Assembly: GCA_016719645.1 (NCBI GenBank)
Contig: JADJYS010000014.1
Span: forward strand, 69,467 to 133,466
From: a bacterium
GTDB taxonomy: Bacteria; Krumholzibacteriota; Krumholzibacteriia; LZORAL124-64-63
Direction of reading: 5' to 3'
Length of the DNA stretch: 64,000 bases
Positions 36,465 through 46,196 of the stretch are shown here, piece by piece. The notes below the pieces were generated by a model. The model ran no database searches. It saw only the letters and a list, made by a program, of their open reading frames with translations, and had not been told where the DNA came from. Each line of letters begins with the position of its first letter. Within the stretch, counting starts at the first letter, position 1. Position numbers and translations under genes: made by a program.

Positions 36465-39400
36465 TCACCTGACGAGCATCATGTTGCGCTGCTGCGACTT
36501 CCCGTCCGCCTGCAGCCGGTACACGTACGCCCCGCTGGCGGCGTTCCCGCCCCGGTCGTCGCGCCCGTCCCAGACCACGGAGTGCGCGCCGGCCTCCCGG
36601 CTCCCCTCCACCAGGCTCCGCACCTGCCGCCCGCGCACGTCGTAGATGCGCAGGCTCACCGGACCGGCCTGCGGCAGCGAGAAGCGGATGACGGTGGACG
36701 GGTTGAACGGGTTGGGCGCGTTCTGCGCCAGCGTCGCGCCGCGGTCCGGCGTGCCGTCGTCCGCGCCGGTCGGGCTGCCGACCTGGATCGACAGGTTGTC
36801 CACGACCCAGCCCCAGCCGTTGACGGCGCCGTCGGCGTAGAACCGCCAGCGCAGCAGGATCGTGTCGCGCACGGCGAAGGCGTCGTGCAGGTCGAAGACG
36901 TGCGGCCGCAGCAGCGAGGAGCTGCCGGGCGTGCCGCTGTTCCAGGCGGTGACCCAGGCGGCGTCGCGCCGGCTGTCGTAGCCGTCGGCGATCGGCACCC
37001 AGGTGACGCCGTCCTTGCTGCCCTCCAGGATCACGTAGTCCCAGAAATCGCTGTCGCCGTAGACGCTGCCCGCCTCGCCCGGCTCGACCAGCACGACCTC
37101 GTCGAAGGAGACGTAGGCGTTCGACTGGGCGACGACGATCGGCACCGCGAGCATGGCCGTGTAGGCGGCGTTGTCGGGGTAGTCGTGCGGGAAGTGCAGG
37201 GCGCCGCCGCTGAAGCCGGCGTAGGCGCCGATGGTGAACCCGTCGCCGACGAAGTCGCCGGACGTGCTGAAGCTGTTCGTGTAGGCGGAGAGCGGCGCGG
37301 CGTACACGAACACCTCGAGCTCGCGCGTCACCGAGTCGTAGGCGACGCCGCCGCGGAAGGCGCGGGCGAACACGAGGCGCTGGCCGGCGCTCAGCACGGG
37401 CAGCTGCACCAGGGCGTCCTGCTGGAAGCCGCTGGCCGGCAGGGTGGCGCGCCGGACGCCGTCGACGAAGACCTGGGTGGAGTCGTAGGCGGACCGCAGG
37501 TTCAAATCGACGCTCAGCAGGCCGTCGGGGCCCTGGTAGAGGGCGTCGATGAGCGGCTTGAAGGTCTTGCCCGCGACCAGCGAGGGGAACTTCGCGCTCC
37601 AGATGCCGCGGCCGTGGCTGCCGATCACGACCTCGTCCTCGACCTCGGTCATCGACCAGATCGCCACGCTGGGCAGGCCGTTGTCGGCGAGCTCCCAGCT
37701 GGCGCCGCCGTCCAGCGACTCGACCAGGCCGATCTCGGTGCCGGCCCACAGGTGGTCGGGGTCGTCGGAGAACACCTGCAGGTCGTACACCGCCACGTCG
37801 GGGAAGCCGTTGGTGCTGGGGCTGCCGCCCGCGAAGCCCGTGATGTCGTTCCAGGTCTGTCCCAGGTCGTCCGTCCGGAGGATCTTGGGCCGGCCCGCGA
37901 AGCTGAACAGGACGTAGGCGACCGCGGGGTCGGCCGGGTGGGTGGCCAGGCCCGAGATGCCGCCCATGGTCGCGCCCGTGTAGTTCGGCACCACGCCGAA
38001 GGTGAGGCCGCCGTCGGTGGAGACGTGGATGCGCCCGCTGCCGTCCATGCGGGCGCCCGCCCAGACGATGTCGGGATCGGCGCGCGAGATCTTCACGGCG
38101 TGGAAGCTGCTGATCGAGCTCCAGGTCGCCGACGACACCGGGGTGAGCGACCAGCTGCCGCCGAAGTCCGTCGAGCGCCAGACGCCGCTGGCGCCGACGG
38201 CGAGCAGCAGGTCGGGCGCCTGGTTGGTCTTGGCGATCTTGGTGATGAAGGGGGCCAGGCCGGCGCCCGTGTCGCCCAGGCCGCCGGTGGCGCCGTTCCA
38301 GCTCTGGCCGCCGTCCAGCGAGCGCAGGAATCCGTTGTACTGGTAGCCGCCGATCATCTTCAGCGGGTCGTCGAAGTGCCACGAGGTCTCGTAGCCGTCG
38401 CCGCCGATGGCGAAGGTCCAGGGGGCGAGCCGGTCCGGGTCGGGTCCCGAGAACCAGGTGCCGTTGTCCTGCATGCCGCCGAAGTAGGCGCTGGCGCCGG
38501 GGCGCTTGTCGACGCCGTAGAACTGGGTGGTGGTCATGCCGTCGATGGGGGCGCTCCAGTTGGCGGCCTGGCTCGCGGCGACGCCGACGCCGCCGTCGTT
38601 GGTGTTCAGCAGGCGCCAGGCGCCGCCGCCGGTCGGCACCACCGCCAGGCCGTGGTGGTCCACGTGGACCGGCCCGACGCTCAGCTGGCTCGTGGTGCGG
38701 CTGGTGCCCGAGAGCGTGATCTGCCACAGGCGCACGCCGCCGACGTAGACGATGTTCACGTCGGTGGGGTGGCAGACGATGGTGTTGTCGTACCAGCCCT
38801 GCGCGCCCAGCCAGTTGGGCTCCGAGCCGCTCTCGAAGGTCTCGGACCAGGTCGCGCCGGCGTTGGTCGAGATCCACAGCTCGGAGTGGCTGGCGCCCTC
38901 GGCGGCGGCGTAGAGGCGGCTCGTGTTGACCGGCGAGACGGCCAGCTCGAAGCGGCCGCTCAGGTCGGCGATGCCGGTGTTGACGTAGGCCCAGCTGTTG
39001 CCGGCGTTGGTCGACTTCAGGATGCCGCCCTCGTCGACGGTCGCGTACAGCACGTTGAAGTTGCCGGGCGTGGCCACGATCTGCTGGATCTTCTTGACGC
39101 GGCCGAAGGTGCCGATGTCGGTGATCGCGTGCACCTCGGCCCAGTTCGCCCCGCCGTCGGTCGACTTGAAGATGCTCGAGCGCTGCAGCACCGAATCCTT
39201 GTAGCGCCCGACGGTCGTCACGGCCAGCACGACGTTGGCGTTCGCGGGGTCGACCACGATCCGGGCCACGTTGTTGAAGGCCGGGTCGTCGACGGTCGCC
39301 GGCAGGTGCGCCCAGGTCTGGCCGCGGTCGGTCGACTTCAGGATGCCGTTGCCGTTGATGGTGTCGACGTTGAAGAAGCTCTCGCCGGTGCCGGCGTACA

Positions 39401-39989
39401 GGACGTCGTGGTTGCTCGCGGCCATGGCCAGCGCCTGGACCGACAGCACCGGGAAGTCCGACGTCAGGTCGCTCCAGGTGGCGCCGCCGTCGGCGGTCTT
39501 CCAGACGCCGCCGCCCGCCGTCCCGATGTACCAGGTCAGGGCGGCCGGGTCGTCGGGATCGACCACGATCGCGCGGGCGCGGCCGGCGACGTTGCCGGGG
39601 CCGCGGTTCTCCCAGGCCAGCGTCGCGGCGGGCGAGCGCTTCGCCGCGCGCGCCGTGGCCAGCTCGCGCACCAGGTAGCCGGCCTCGTACTCGGGCTCCT
39701 TGCGGTCGGCGGGGATGCGCATCTCGTTCATCAGCCGCGCGAACTCCTCGGGCGCCTCGAAGGCCGGCAGGCCCGCGAGCCGGCGCGCGATGCGCTCGAT
39801 CTTGTGCCCGGCCTTGAAGCGGTCGGACGAGCCGGGCGCGGCGTGGTCGCGACGCAGTTCCAGCTTCGCGAGCTCGCGCGCGAAGGGATCGTCCTGCTCG
39901 CGGATGCCCGAGCCGGCCAGGAAGGACGCGGTGCCGATCGCGAGCACGCCCGCGACGGTCAACAGGGCAGGGATCCGGGAGAAACGCAT
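36465..39989 (-). CDS. Secreted BNR/Asp-box repeat (sortilin/VPS10-like) protein with C-terminal T9SS-like domain
   Basis: Signal peptide MRFSRIPALLTVAGVLAIG. Multiple S-x-D-G-G-x-T-W repeats. C-terminus NPFNPSTVIRFSLPQAGPVSLRIYDVRGRQVRSL. Start set by the ORF-track frame (may be off by 1). Confidence 0.8.
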   Translation of the reverse strand: MRFSRIPALLTVAGVLAIGTASFLAGSGIREQDDPFARELAKLELRRDHAAPGSSDRFKAGHKIERIARRLAGLPAFEAPEEFARLMNEMRIPADRKEPEYEAGYLVRELATARAAKRSPAATLAWENRGPGNVAGRARAIVVDPDDPAALTWYIGTAGGGVWKTADGGATWSDLTSDFPVLSVQALAMAASNHDVLYAGTGESFFNVDTINGNGILKSTDRGQTWAHLPATVDDPAFNNVARIVVDPANANVVLAVTTVGRYKDSVLQRSSIFKSTDGGANWAEVHAITDIGTFGRVKKIQQIVATPGNFNVLYATVDEGGILKSTNAGNSWAYVNTGIADLSGRFELAVSPVNTSRLYAAAEGASHSELWISTNAGATWSETFESGSEPNWLGAQGWYDNTIVCHPTDVNIVYVGGVRLWQITLSGTSRTTSQLSVGPVHVDHHGLAVVPTGGGAWRLLNTNDGGVGVAASQAANWSAPIDGMTTTQFYGVDKRPGASAYFGGMQDNGTWFSGPDPDRLAPWTFAIGGDGYETSWHFDDPLKMIGGYQYNGFLRSLDGGQSWNGATGGLGDTGAGLAPFITKIAKTNQAPDLLLAVGASGVWRSTDFGGSWSLTPVSSATWSSISSFHAVKISRADPDIVWAGARMDGSGRIHVSTDGGLTFGVVPNYTGATMGGISGLATHPADPAVAYVLFSFAGRPKILRTDDLGQTWNDITGFAGGSPSTNGFPDVAVYDLQVFSDDPDHLWAGTEIGLVESLDGGASWELADNGLPSVAIWSMTEVEDEVVIGSHGRGIWSAKFPSLVAGKTFKPLIDALYQGPDGLLSVDLNLRSAYDSTQVFVDGVRRATLPASGFQQDALVQLPVLSAGQRLVFARAFRGGVAYDSVTRELEVFVYAAPLSAYTNSFSTSGDFVGDGFTIGAYAGFSGGALHFPHDYPDNAAYTAMLAVPIVVAQSNAYVSFDEVVLVEPGEAGSVYGDSDFWDYVILEGSKDGVTWVPIADGYDSRRDAAWVTAWNSGTPGSSSLLRPHVFDLHDAFAVRDTILLRWRFYADGAVNGWGWVVDNLSIQVGSPTGADDGTPDRGATLAQNAPNPFNPSTVIRFSLPQAGPVSLRIYDVRGRQVRSLVEGSREAGAHSVVWDGRDDRGGNAASGAYVYRLQADGKSQQRNMMLVR

Positions 39990-40068
39990 GGTACGACCTC
40001 GAAGGGGTAGGGCGTTGGGGAAAGGTCCGGCCGGCGGGTGCCGACAGGATATCAAAAATACGTCTCCG

Positions 40069-40695
40069 CTACAAGGTCGGGGCGCCGTCGAAGAAGTCCA
40101 CGACGCCGGTCTCGAGCGAGTAGTCCGCCCCGACGACGAGCAGCCCGTCCTCGCGGATCAGCTTCTCGAGGATGGCCGACCCGTGCCGCAGGTGGTCCGC
40201 GGAGACGCGGATGTTGGCCCGCACGGCCTGCTGCACCAGCTCCTGCGGCCGGTGCCGCAGCTCCGACGCGAGCAGCGGCGCCACCGAGGGTCGGATGCGG
40301 TCGACGATCGCGCGCAGGTTGTGCGAGTGGGCGTCGGGCGGGCGCCCCAGGGTCTCGAGCGTGGCCAGGATCGCCCCGCACTCCGAATGCCCGAGCACGA
40401 CCACCAGGCGCGTGCCGTACTGCTCCGCCGCGAACTCGACGCTGCCGACCTGCGACGGGGCGACGATGTTGCCCGCGACCCGGATGACGAACAGGTCGCC
40501 GAGCCCCTGGTCGAAGACGAGCTCCGCCGGCACCCGCGAATCGGAGCAGCCCAGGATGATGGCGTGCGGTTCCTGGCCGGCCGTCAGCTCGAGGCGGCGG
40601 GCCTGCCGCACGCGCGGGTCGCAGTTGCGGACCTCGTTCACGAAGCGCCGGTTGCCCTCGCGCAGACGCTCCAGGGCCGCGTGCGCCGTGATCAT
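40069..40695 (-). CDS. Beta-class carbonic anhydrase
   Basis: AAGGAGG SD. ILGCSDSRV...VLGHSECGA zinc ligands. Confidence 0.9.
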   Translation of the reverse strand: MITAHAALERLREGNRRFVNEVRNCDPRVRQARRLELTAGQEPHAIILGCSDSRVPAELVFDQGLGDLFVIRVAGNIVAPSQVGSVEFAAEQYGTRLVVVLGHSECGAILATLETLGRPPDAHSHNLRAIVDRIRPSVAPLLASELRHRPQELVQQAVRANIRVSADHLRHGSAILEKLIREDGLLVVGADYSLETGVVDFFDGAPTL

Positions 40696-42146
40696 CGTCC
40701 CGCCTCCTTCTCCCGGAGCGCCGCCTTCGCGATGCCCTTCAGCATGCCGCCGAACACCAGCTGGTGGACCGGGTAGAGCGTGTACCAGTAGATCCGGCCG
40801 GGCAAGCCCACCGGATCGAAGATCGCGGTCTGGCGGATCGTCGCGGCCCGGCCGTCGCCCGTGACCTCGAACTCCAGCCACGCCCGCCCGGGCAGCTTCA
40901 TCTCGGCGGCGAGCCGCAGCCGGCGGCCGGGCTCCAGCGCCTCGACGCGCCACCAGTCGACGGCGTCGCCCACGCGCAACGTCGTCGGCGAGGCCCTCCC
41001 CCGCCTGACGCCCACGCCCCCGGCGAGCAGGTCGAGGAACCCCCGCAGCCGCCACAGGGGGTTCCACGCGTACCACCCCGCGGCGCCGCCGATCCTCTCG
41101 ATGGGCGCGAAGGCGGCCGCGGGCGCGGCCGGCACGTCCCTCGTGCGCGAATCGACCAGCCGGGAGCCGAACTGCACGCCGCCCCACGCCGGCGGCGCGC
41201 CCGACGAGGACAGGGCGTCGGACCAGCGCGTCGCCGCGTAGTGGCGCTCCTCGCTGGCGAAGGCCCGGCGCACCGCCTCCTCGACGCCCACCGGCCTCAC
41301 GGCGAAGGCCGTGAGCGCGGCGGCGTCCCGGACCACCGTGGGGTGGACGATGCTCTCGATGAGCTTGCGCCCGATCCGCGCGTACAGCGGCGTGACCAGG
41401 CCCAGCCACAGGCTGGACAGGTACGGGGTCAGGACCGGCACCGGGATCATGCGCAGCCGCAGCCCGCGGTGCCGCGCGTAGACGCGCATGATGTCCGCGT
41501 AGGACACCCGGTCGGCGCCGCCGATCTCGTACACGCGGCACGCGGCGACGGGCAGCGCCAGCCCGGCGGCCAGGTAATCCAGCAGGTCGTCGATCGCGAT
41601 GGGCTGGGCCGGCACCTTGACCCACTTCGGCGTGATCATGACCGGCAGGCGCTCCACCAGCGAACGGATCATCTCGAACGACAGGCTCCCGGAGCCGATG
41701 ACGATCGACGCGCGGAACTCCAGCACCGGCACGCCCGATTCCCGCAGGATCCGCCCGACCTCCTGGCGGCTGCGCAGATGGGGCGACAGCTCCTCCTCCT
41801 CGCAGCCCAGGCCGCCCAGGTAGATGATGCGCTCGACCCCCGCCGCCCTCGCCGCCGCGCCGAAGTTCCGCGCCGCCAGCCGGTCCGCCTCGACGAAGGA
41901 CCCGCTCGCGCCCATCGAGTGGACCAGGTAGAAGGCCGCGCGGATCCCGCGCAGGGCGGCGTCGAGGCTCGGCCGGTCCAGGACGTCCCCGGCGACGACC
42001 TCCGTCGACGGGCCGACCCGCGGCCGCAGCGCCTCCGGCCGCCTGGCCAGGCAGCGCAGCCGCAGGCCGCGTTCCTCCAGCAGCTTCAGCAGGCGGCCGC
42101 CGACGTAGCCGCTGGCGCCGGTCAGCAGGACGAGCCCGTCGTTCAC
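40692..42146 (-). CDS. NAD(P)H-binding NmrA/SDR-like protein fused to a DUF2867-like domain
   Basis: GTG start. LLTGASGYVGGRLL Rossmann motif. 4-bp overlaps with both neighbours. Confidence 0.7.
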   Translation of the reverse strand: MNDGLVLLTGASGYVGGRLLKLLEERGLRLRCLARRPEALRPRVGPSTEVVAGDVLDRPSLDAALRGIRAAFYLVHSMGASGSFVEADRLAARNFGAAARAAGVERIIYLGGLGCEEEELSPHLRSRQEVGRILRESGVPVLEFRASIVIGSGSLSFEMIRSLVERLPVMITPKWVKVPAQPIAIDDLLDYLAAGLALPVAACRVYEIGGADRVSYADIMRVYARHRGLRLRMIPVPVLTPYLSSLWLGLVTPLYARIGRKLIESIVHPTVVRDAAALTAFAVRPVGVEEAVRRAFASEERHYAATRWSDALSSSGAPPAWGGVQFGSRLVDSRTRDVPAAPAAAFAPIERIGGAAGWYAWNPLWRLRGFLDLLAGGVGVRRGRASPTTLRVGDAVDWWRVEALEPGRRLRLAAEMKLPGRAWLEFEVTGDGRAATIRQTAIFDPVGLPGRIYWYTLYPVHQLVFGGMLKGIAKAALREKEAGR

Positions 42147-42841
42147 GCGGGCACCTCGATCAGCACGAAGTCCGCACGCGCGCGCGCCTCGATGGCCAGG
42201 GGCCCCGCGGCCTCGATGCGGGCCTGGTCGTTCGCGTCCAGTTCCCGGCCGTCGACCAGCAGGCGCCCCTCCTTCACGTACACGAATCTCCGCCTGCCGG
42301 CGGCGGCCTCGTGCGTGACGACGCGGCCGGCCTCCAGGTCGCAGCGGTGGATGACGGCATCGGCGTTCAGGGTGACGGCGCCGGCGTCGCCCCGCCCGGA
42401 GGCGACGGCGTGCAGCCGGTTGCGCCGGTCGTCGGGGTCGAAGGTCCGCTGGTCGTAGGAGGGCGTCTGGCCCCGGCGCTCCGGGAAGATCCAGATCTGA
42501 TAGAGGTGGCAGGGCTCCGCGCCCAGGTTGTGCTCGGAGTGGGTCAGCCCCGAGCCGGCCGACATGCGCTGCACGTCGCCAGCGCCGATCACGGCCTGGT
42601 TCCCCATACTGTCCCGGTGGGTCACCTCGCCCCGCAGGACCAGCGTCACGATCTCCATGTCCCGGTGGGGATGCATCGGGAACCCCGTCCCGGGCGCGAC
42701 GATGTCGTCGTTGAACACGCGCAGGGAGCCCCAGCTCACGTTCGCGGGGTCGTGGTAGTCGGCGAAGGAAAAGAGCCAGTAGGACTGCAGCCAGCCGACG
42801 TCCGAGAAGTGGCGCCGGTCCGCCTTGACGATCTCGATCAT
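42143..42841 (-). CDS. Pirin-family protein
   Basis: HPHRDMEIVTLVLRGEVTHRDSMGN...HSEHN; 232 aa. Confidence 0.9.
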   Translation of the reverse strand: MIEIVKADRRHFSDVGWLQSYWLFSFADYHDPANVSWGSLRVFNDDIVAPGTGFPMHPHRDMEIVTLVLRGEVTHRDSMGNQAVIGAGDVQRMSAGSGLTHSEHNLGAEPCHLYQIWIFPERRGQTPSYDQRTFDPDDRRNRLHAVASGRGDAGAVTLNADAVIHRCDLEAGRVVTHEAAAGRRRFVYVKEGRLLVDGRELDANDQARIEAAGPLAIEARARADFVLIEVPA

Positions 42842-43365
42842 GCCTCACCCCCGCCGCGGGCGGCGAGGAGGTCGACGTACGCCCCTTCGACAAGCTGGTC
42901 CGCCCGGATGCCCAGCCCGTCCATCAACGCGTGCGCCTCGGCGATCCCCGCCGCAGCGTCCTCGTCGTCCCGCAGGACGACCTCCAGCTCCAGGAACTCG
43001 CCCAGCCCCTCGACGCGGTCCAGGTGCACGCGCGTGCGGCCGACGAGGTACACGGTGCGGTGCTTCACGACCCGGCCGGCCTCCCCGTGCGAGTGCGCCA
43101 GCAGTTCCCGCAGGGCGCCGGGCTCGGCGGTCGGCGCGATCAGGTAGGACGACTCCTTGGGGCCCCGCCGGTCGGCGCGGCGGTAGAAGATGAGTTCGCC
43201 GCGGTCGTCGGCGAAGGTGCGCAGCTTCAGCCGGCCGCCCGCGCACCGGAAGAACGTGTCGTCCTGGTCGATCTCCTCGGGACCGCCGGTCGCCAGGGCG
43301 GCGACCTTCGGCAGCAGTTCCGGGATGCCCGCGAGGCGGGCCTTGATCTCGATGTTCCGCGCCAA
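42838..43365 (-). CDS. CYTH-domain protein (class IV adenylate cyclase / triphosphatase-like)
   Basis: TTG start after GGAGGT. NIEIKARL...ELEVV pattern typical of CyaB/ThTPase. Confidence 0.65.
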   Translation of the reverse strand: MARNIEIKARLAGIPELLPKVAALATGGPEEIDQDDTFFRCAGGRLKLRTFADDRGELIFYRRADRRGPKESSYLIAPTAEPGALRELLAHSHGEAGRVVKHRTVYLVGRTRVHLDRVEGLGEFLELEVVLRDDEDAAAGIAEAHALMDGLGIRADQLVEGAYVDLLAARGGGEA

Positions 43366-43388
43366 CGCCCACCTCCGGCTGTTGCTCG

Positions 43389-43769
43389 CTACACGTCTTC
43401 CGGGATCAGGAACCAGCGCATGGCGGTCTCGAAGTTCGTGAACGCGTCCACGGAGAAGCCGCGGTTGTGCGAGCACGTCTCGAGGAAGGCCGCGGCGTCG
43501 AACGAGGCCCCCTCGTGCACGAGCAGCGCCACCTTGCGGCGGAAGGTGTCGCCGTGCGCGAACAGCTCCGACGCGAGCTGGTAGAGGTCGAACGTCGACA
43601 TGCGCCACTGCGTGTCCCGGAAGTCGATCAGCAGGTCGTAGTCCACGGGATGGCGGTCGGCCTTGGCGATGTCCACGAGGAGCTGCCGGCTCGTGGCCAT
43701 GTCGATGACCCCCTCGGGGGTGATCTCCAGGAAATCCCCGGTCGTGACGATCTTGATCTTGGTTGCCAT
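43389..43769 (-). CDS. Hypothetical protein (possibly a STAS-like fold)
   Basis: 126 aa of normal composition, between the GGDEF and CYTH genes. Confidence 0.5.
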   Translation of the reverse strand: MATKIKIVTTGDFLEITPEGVIDMATSRQLLVDIAKADRHPVDYDLLIDFRDTQWRMSTFDLYQLASELFAHGDTFRRKVALLVHEGASFDAAAFLETCSHNRGFSVDAFTNFETAMRWFLIPEDV

Positions 43770-43785
43770 GGGATAATCCTTCCCT

Positions 43786-44718
43786 TCAGGTAATGATGCG
43801 ATCCTGCCCGCCGGCCTCCGGCCCCGCCTCCGTGTCCGCGGCCACCAGGACGCGGTTCTTCCCGCTGCGCTTGACCCGGTAGAGCGCCGCGTCCGCCCTT
43901 TCCACGAGGTCCCGCGACGTCCCGGTCTGCTTCCCGCACGACGCCACGCCGATGCTGACGGTCACGGTCCGGCCGTCGGGCAGGCGTTCCGCCAGTTCCC
44001 GGTTCAGCCGGACGGCGATCGCGCCGGCCTCCGTCGCGCCGGTCATCGGCAGGATGACCGCGAACTCCTCGCCGCCGTAGCGGCAGCAGACGTCCGCCTC
44101 CCTGGAGACGCGCACCAGGGTCCTGCCCATCGCGGCCAGGATCCTGTCGCCCTGCCGGTGCCCGAAGGTGTCGTTGACCGCCTTGAAGTCGTCGATGTCG
44201 ACCAGGATCAGAGAAACCGGCGCGCCGTAGCGCACGTAGCGCCGCACCTCGAAGTCGATCTGCTGGTAGAAATAGGTGTGGTTGAAGAGGCCCGTCAGGC
44301 CGTCGCGCAGCGAGAGCTCGACGATCCCGTCGATGTGCTCTTCGTCCACCAGCGTGGCGGAATCCATGTAGGCCGTGATGTTCGACAGGTAGTCCAGGGC
44401 GGCGACGACGATCCTGACGTTCCGGCCCAGGATCCCGGACAGCTCGAATTTGTGGTGCAGGATCTTCCGCCAGTAGTCTTCGGCTTCGTCCGGCGAGAAG
44501 TACTGGTGCGTGATCGCGTAGAGGAGGTCGGAATAGAAACTCCGGCCGCGGCTCCGTTCCAGGTCGTCGAGCAGGACCTTTTCGGCAGCCGAGAGCGGCC
44601 GGTCCCCGGCCAGGGCGGACACCAGGTCCAACGAGAGCGCGCCGAGGCCCAGGATCCACCAGCGGCGATCGGCGTCGGCCTCGTCGGCGGGCGGCGGCAG
44701 GTCGTGCGGGTCCGTCAT
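43786..44718 (-). CDS. Diguanylate cyclase (GGDEF domain; GGEEF variant) with N-terminal sensory region
   Basis: RYGGEEF active-site motif and DIDDFKAVND. Confidence 0.85.
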   Translation of the reverse strand: MTDPHDLPPPADEADADRRWWILGLGALSLDLVSALAGDRPLSAAEKVLLDDLERSRGRSFYSDLLYAITHQYFSPDEAEDYWRKILHHKFELSGILGRNVRIVVAALDYLSNITAYMDSATLVDEEHIDGIVELSLRDGLTGLFNHTYFYQQIDFEVRRYVRYGAPVSLILVDIDDFKAVNDTFGHRQGDRILAAMGRTLVRVSREADVCCRYGGEEFAVILPMTGATEAGAIAVRLNRELAERLPDGRTVTVSIGVASCGKQTGTSRDLVERADAALYRVKRSGKNRVLVAADTEAGPEAGGQDRIIT

Positions 44719-44785
44719 GAGGGGTCCCTCCCTTTCCGCGCCGTAGGCGCCGCCGCCCATCGCGGGCCCGCGACGGCGGTGGCGG

Positions 44786-45472
44786 TCAGACGACCGCGCC
44801 GAACAGCTTCCCGACCGCCGCCGTGCACGCCATGGCCACCGCGCCCCAGAAGGCGACCCGCGCAGCCCCGCGCGCGATCGTGGCGCCGCCGAGACGCGCC
44901 GCCGTTCCCCCCAGGACGAGCAGCAGGACCAGGGTCGAGGCCGCGACCACCGGGGTGAGCCGGGCGGAGGGGATGAACGCGGCGAGGAGCGCCGGCGGCG
45001 CCGCCCCCGCGGCGAAGGAAGCCGCCGAGGCCAACGCGGCCTGGAGCGGACGGGCCCGCGTCGCCTCGTGGATGCCGAGCTCGTCCCGGGCGTGGGCGCC
45101 CAGGGCGTCGTGGGCCATCAACTGGTCCGCCACCGCGAGCGCCAGTTCCGGGTCGAGCCCGCGGCCGGCGTAGATCCCCGCCAGTTCGGCCCGTTCGGCT
45201 TCCGGGGAGTCGGCGAGCTCATGCCGCTCCCGGACGAGGTCGGCCTGCTCGGTGTCCGCCTGGGAGCTGACCGAGACGTACTCTCCGGCGGCCATCGAGA
45301 GGGTGCCGGCCACGAGACCCGCGACGGCCGCCACCAGCACGGCCGCGCGCTCCGGCTCGGCCGCGGCCACGCCCACCACCAGGCTGCTCGTGGAGATCAG
45401 GCCGTCGTTGGCGCCCAGGACGGAGGCTCGTAGCCAGCCGATCCGGTCGCTGCGGTGCTTTTCGCCGTGCAT
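44786..45472 (-). CDS. VIT1/CCC1-family iron/manganese transporter
   Basis: GANDGLISTSSLVVGV and EYVSVSSQ motifs. Transcribed divergently from the Fur-family gene. Confidence 0.8.
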   Translation of the reverse strand: MHGEKHRSDRIGWLRASVLGANDGLISTSSLVVGVAAAEPERAAVLVAAVAGLVAGTLSMAAGEYVSVSSQADTEQADLVRERHELADSPEAERAELAGIYAGRGLDPELALAVADQLMAHDALGAHARDELGIHEATRARPLQAALASAASFAAGAAPPALLAAFIPSARLTPVVAASTLVLLLVLGGTAARLGGATIARGAARVAFWGAVAMACTAAVGKLFGAVV

Positions 45473-45567
45473 GGCTGTCTCCGTTCTTGGCCTGCCGCCG
45501 CTGGGGCGTGCTCACCAATATACTCACAACCGGAGCTGGGCGATCCTGCAGCGGTCCACCGCGCACC

Positions 45568-45596
45568 TTGACAGGCTCTCAAGTTATGGGTATATT
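45568..45596 (+). promoter_or_regulatory. Sigma70-type promoter TTGACA-17 bp-TATATT for the Fur-family gene
   Basis: Exact -35 consensus with a 17-bp spacer. About 40 bp upstream of ATG 45635. Confidence 0.55.
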
Positions 45597-45626
45597 CCTA
45601 TTTGCGGTTCACTATTAAATAGGAAT
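45594..45626. promoter_or_regulatory. Operator-like inverted repeat ATTCCTATTT-N13-AAATAGGAAT overlapping the -10 box and transcription start
   Basis: Perfect 10-bp arms read directly. Its position suggests autoregulation, and the VIT1 gene may also be controlled from here. Confidence 0.4.
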
Positions 45627-45634
45627 GAACATAC

Positions 45635-46138
45635 ATGATCGATCATTCTGAAATCCAGGGTCGTCTCGAGAAGTTCCAGGCGGCCGCCAAGGCGGCCGGC
45701 GTCAAACTGACGCACCAGCGCCTGGAGATCTTCCGCGAAGTCGCCGCGAGCCAGGAGCACCCGGACGCCGAGGCCGTCTTCCGCACCGTGAAGACCCGCC
45801 TGCCGACGGTGTCGCTGGACACCGTGTACCGGACGCTCTGGCTGCTCCACGACCTCGGCCTGGTCGCCACGCTCGGGCCGCGCCGCGGGAGCGTGCGCTT
45901 CGACGCCAACCTCGACCCGCACCACCACTACGTCTGCGTGCGCTGCGGCCTGGCGCGCGACTTCACCAGCGCCGAGCTCGACGCGCTGGACATCCCCGCC
46001 GCCGTGAACTCGTTCGGAAGCATCGTCGCCGCGCACGTCGAGGTGCGGGGCGTCTGCCGGGACTGCGCCGCGAGATCCGCCGCGGCGGAGCCCGCCGCCG
46101 CCTCCCCGCCGGAACAGGAAGCGAGGAGAGAGACATGA
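45635..46138 (+). CDS. Fur-family transcriptional regulator (peroxide-responsive PerR/CatR-like, inferred from catalase linkage)
   Basis: HQRLEI...[12 protein letters not shown] metal-site motifs. The stop overlaps the ATG at 46135. Confidence 0.85.
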   Translation: MIDHSEIQGRLEKFQAAAKAAGVKLTHQRLEIFREVAASQEHPDAEAVFRTVKTRLPTVSLDTVYRTLWLLHDLGLVATLGPRRGSVRFDANLDPHHHYVCVRCGLARDFTSAELDALDIPAAVNSFGSIVAAHVEVRGVCRDCAARSAAAEPAAASPPEQEARRET

Positions 46139-46196
46139 CAAGAAGAAGAAGCTGACCACCAACGCCGGCGCCCCCGTCGCCGACAACCAGAACCTC

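Noticed and set aside
36265-42458. ORFs 36265..38877(-), 36324..40010(+), 40764..42458(+), 40069..41625(- upstream part), 40692..42893(- upstream part)
   Set aside because: Alternative frames of the BNR-repeat, NmrA, pirin and carbonic-anhydrase genes with RGA-rich composition.
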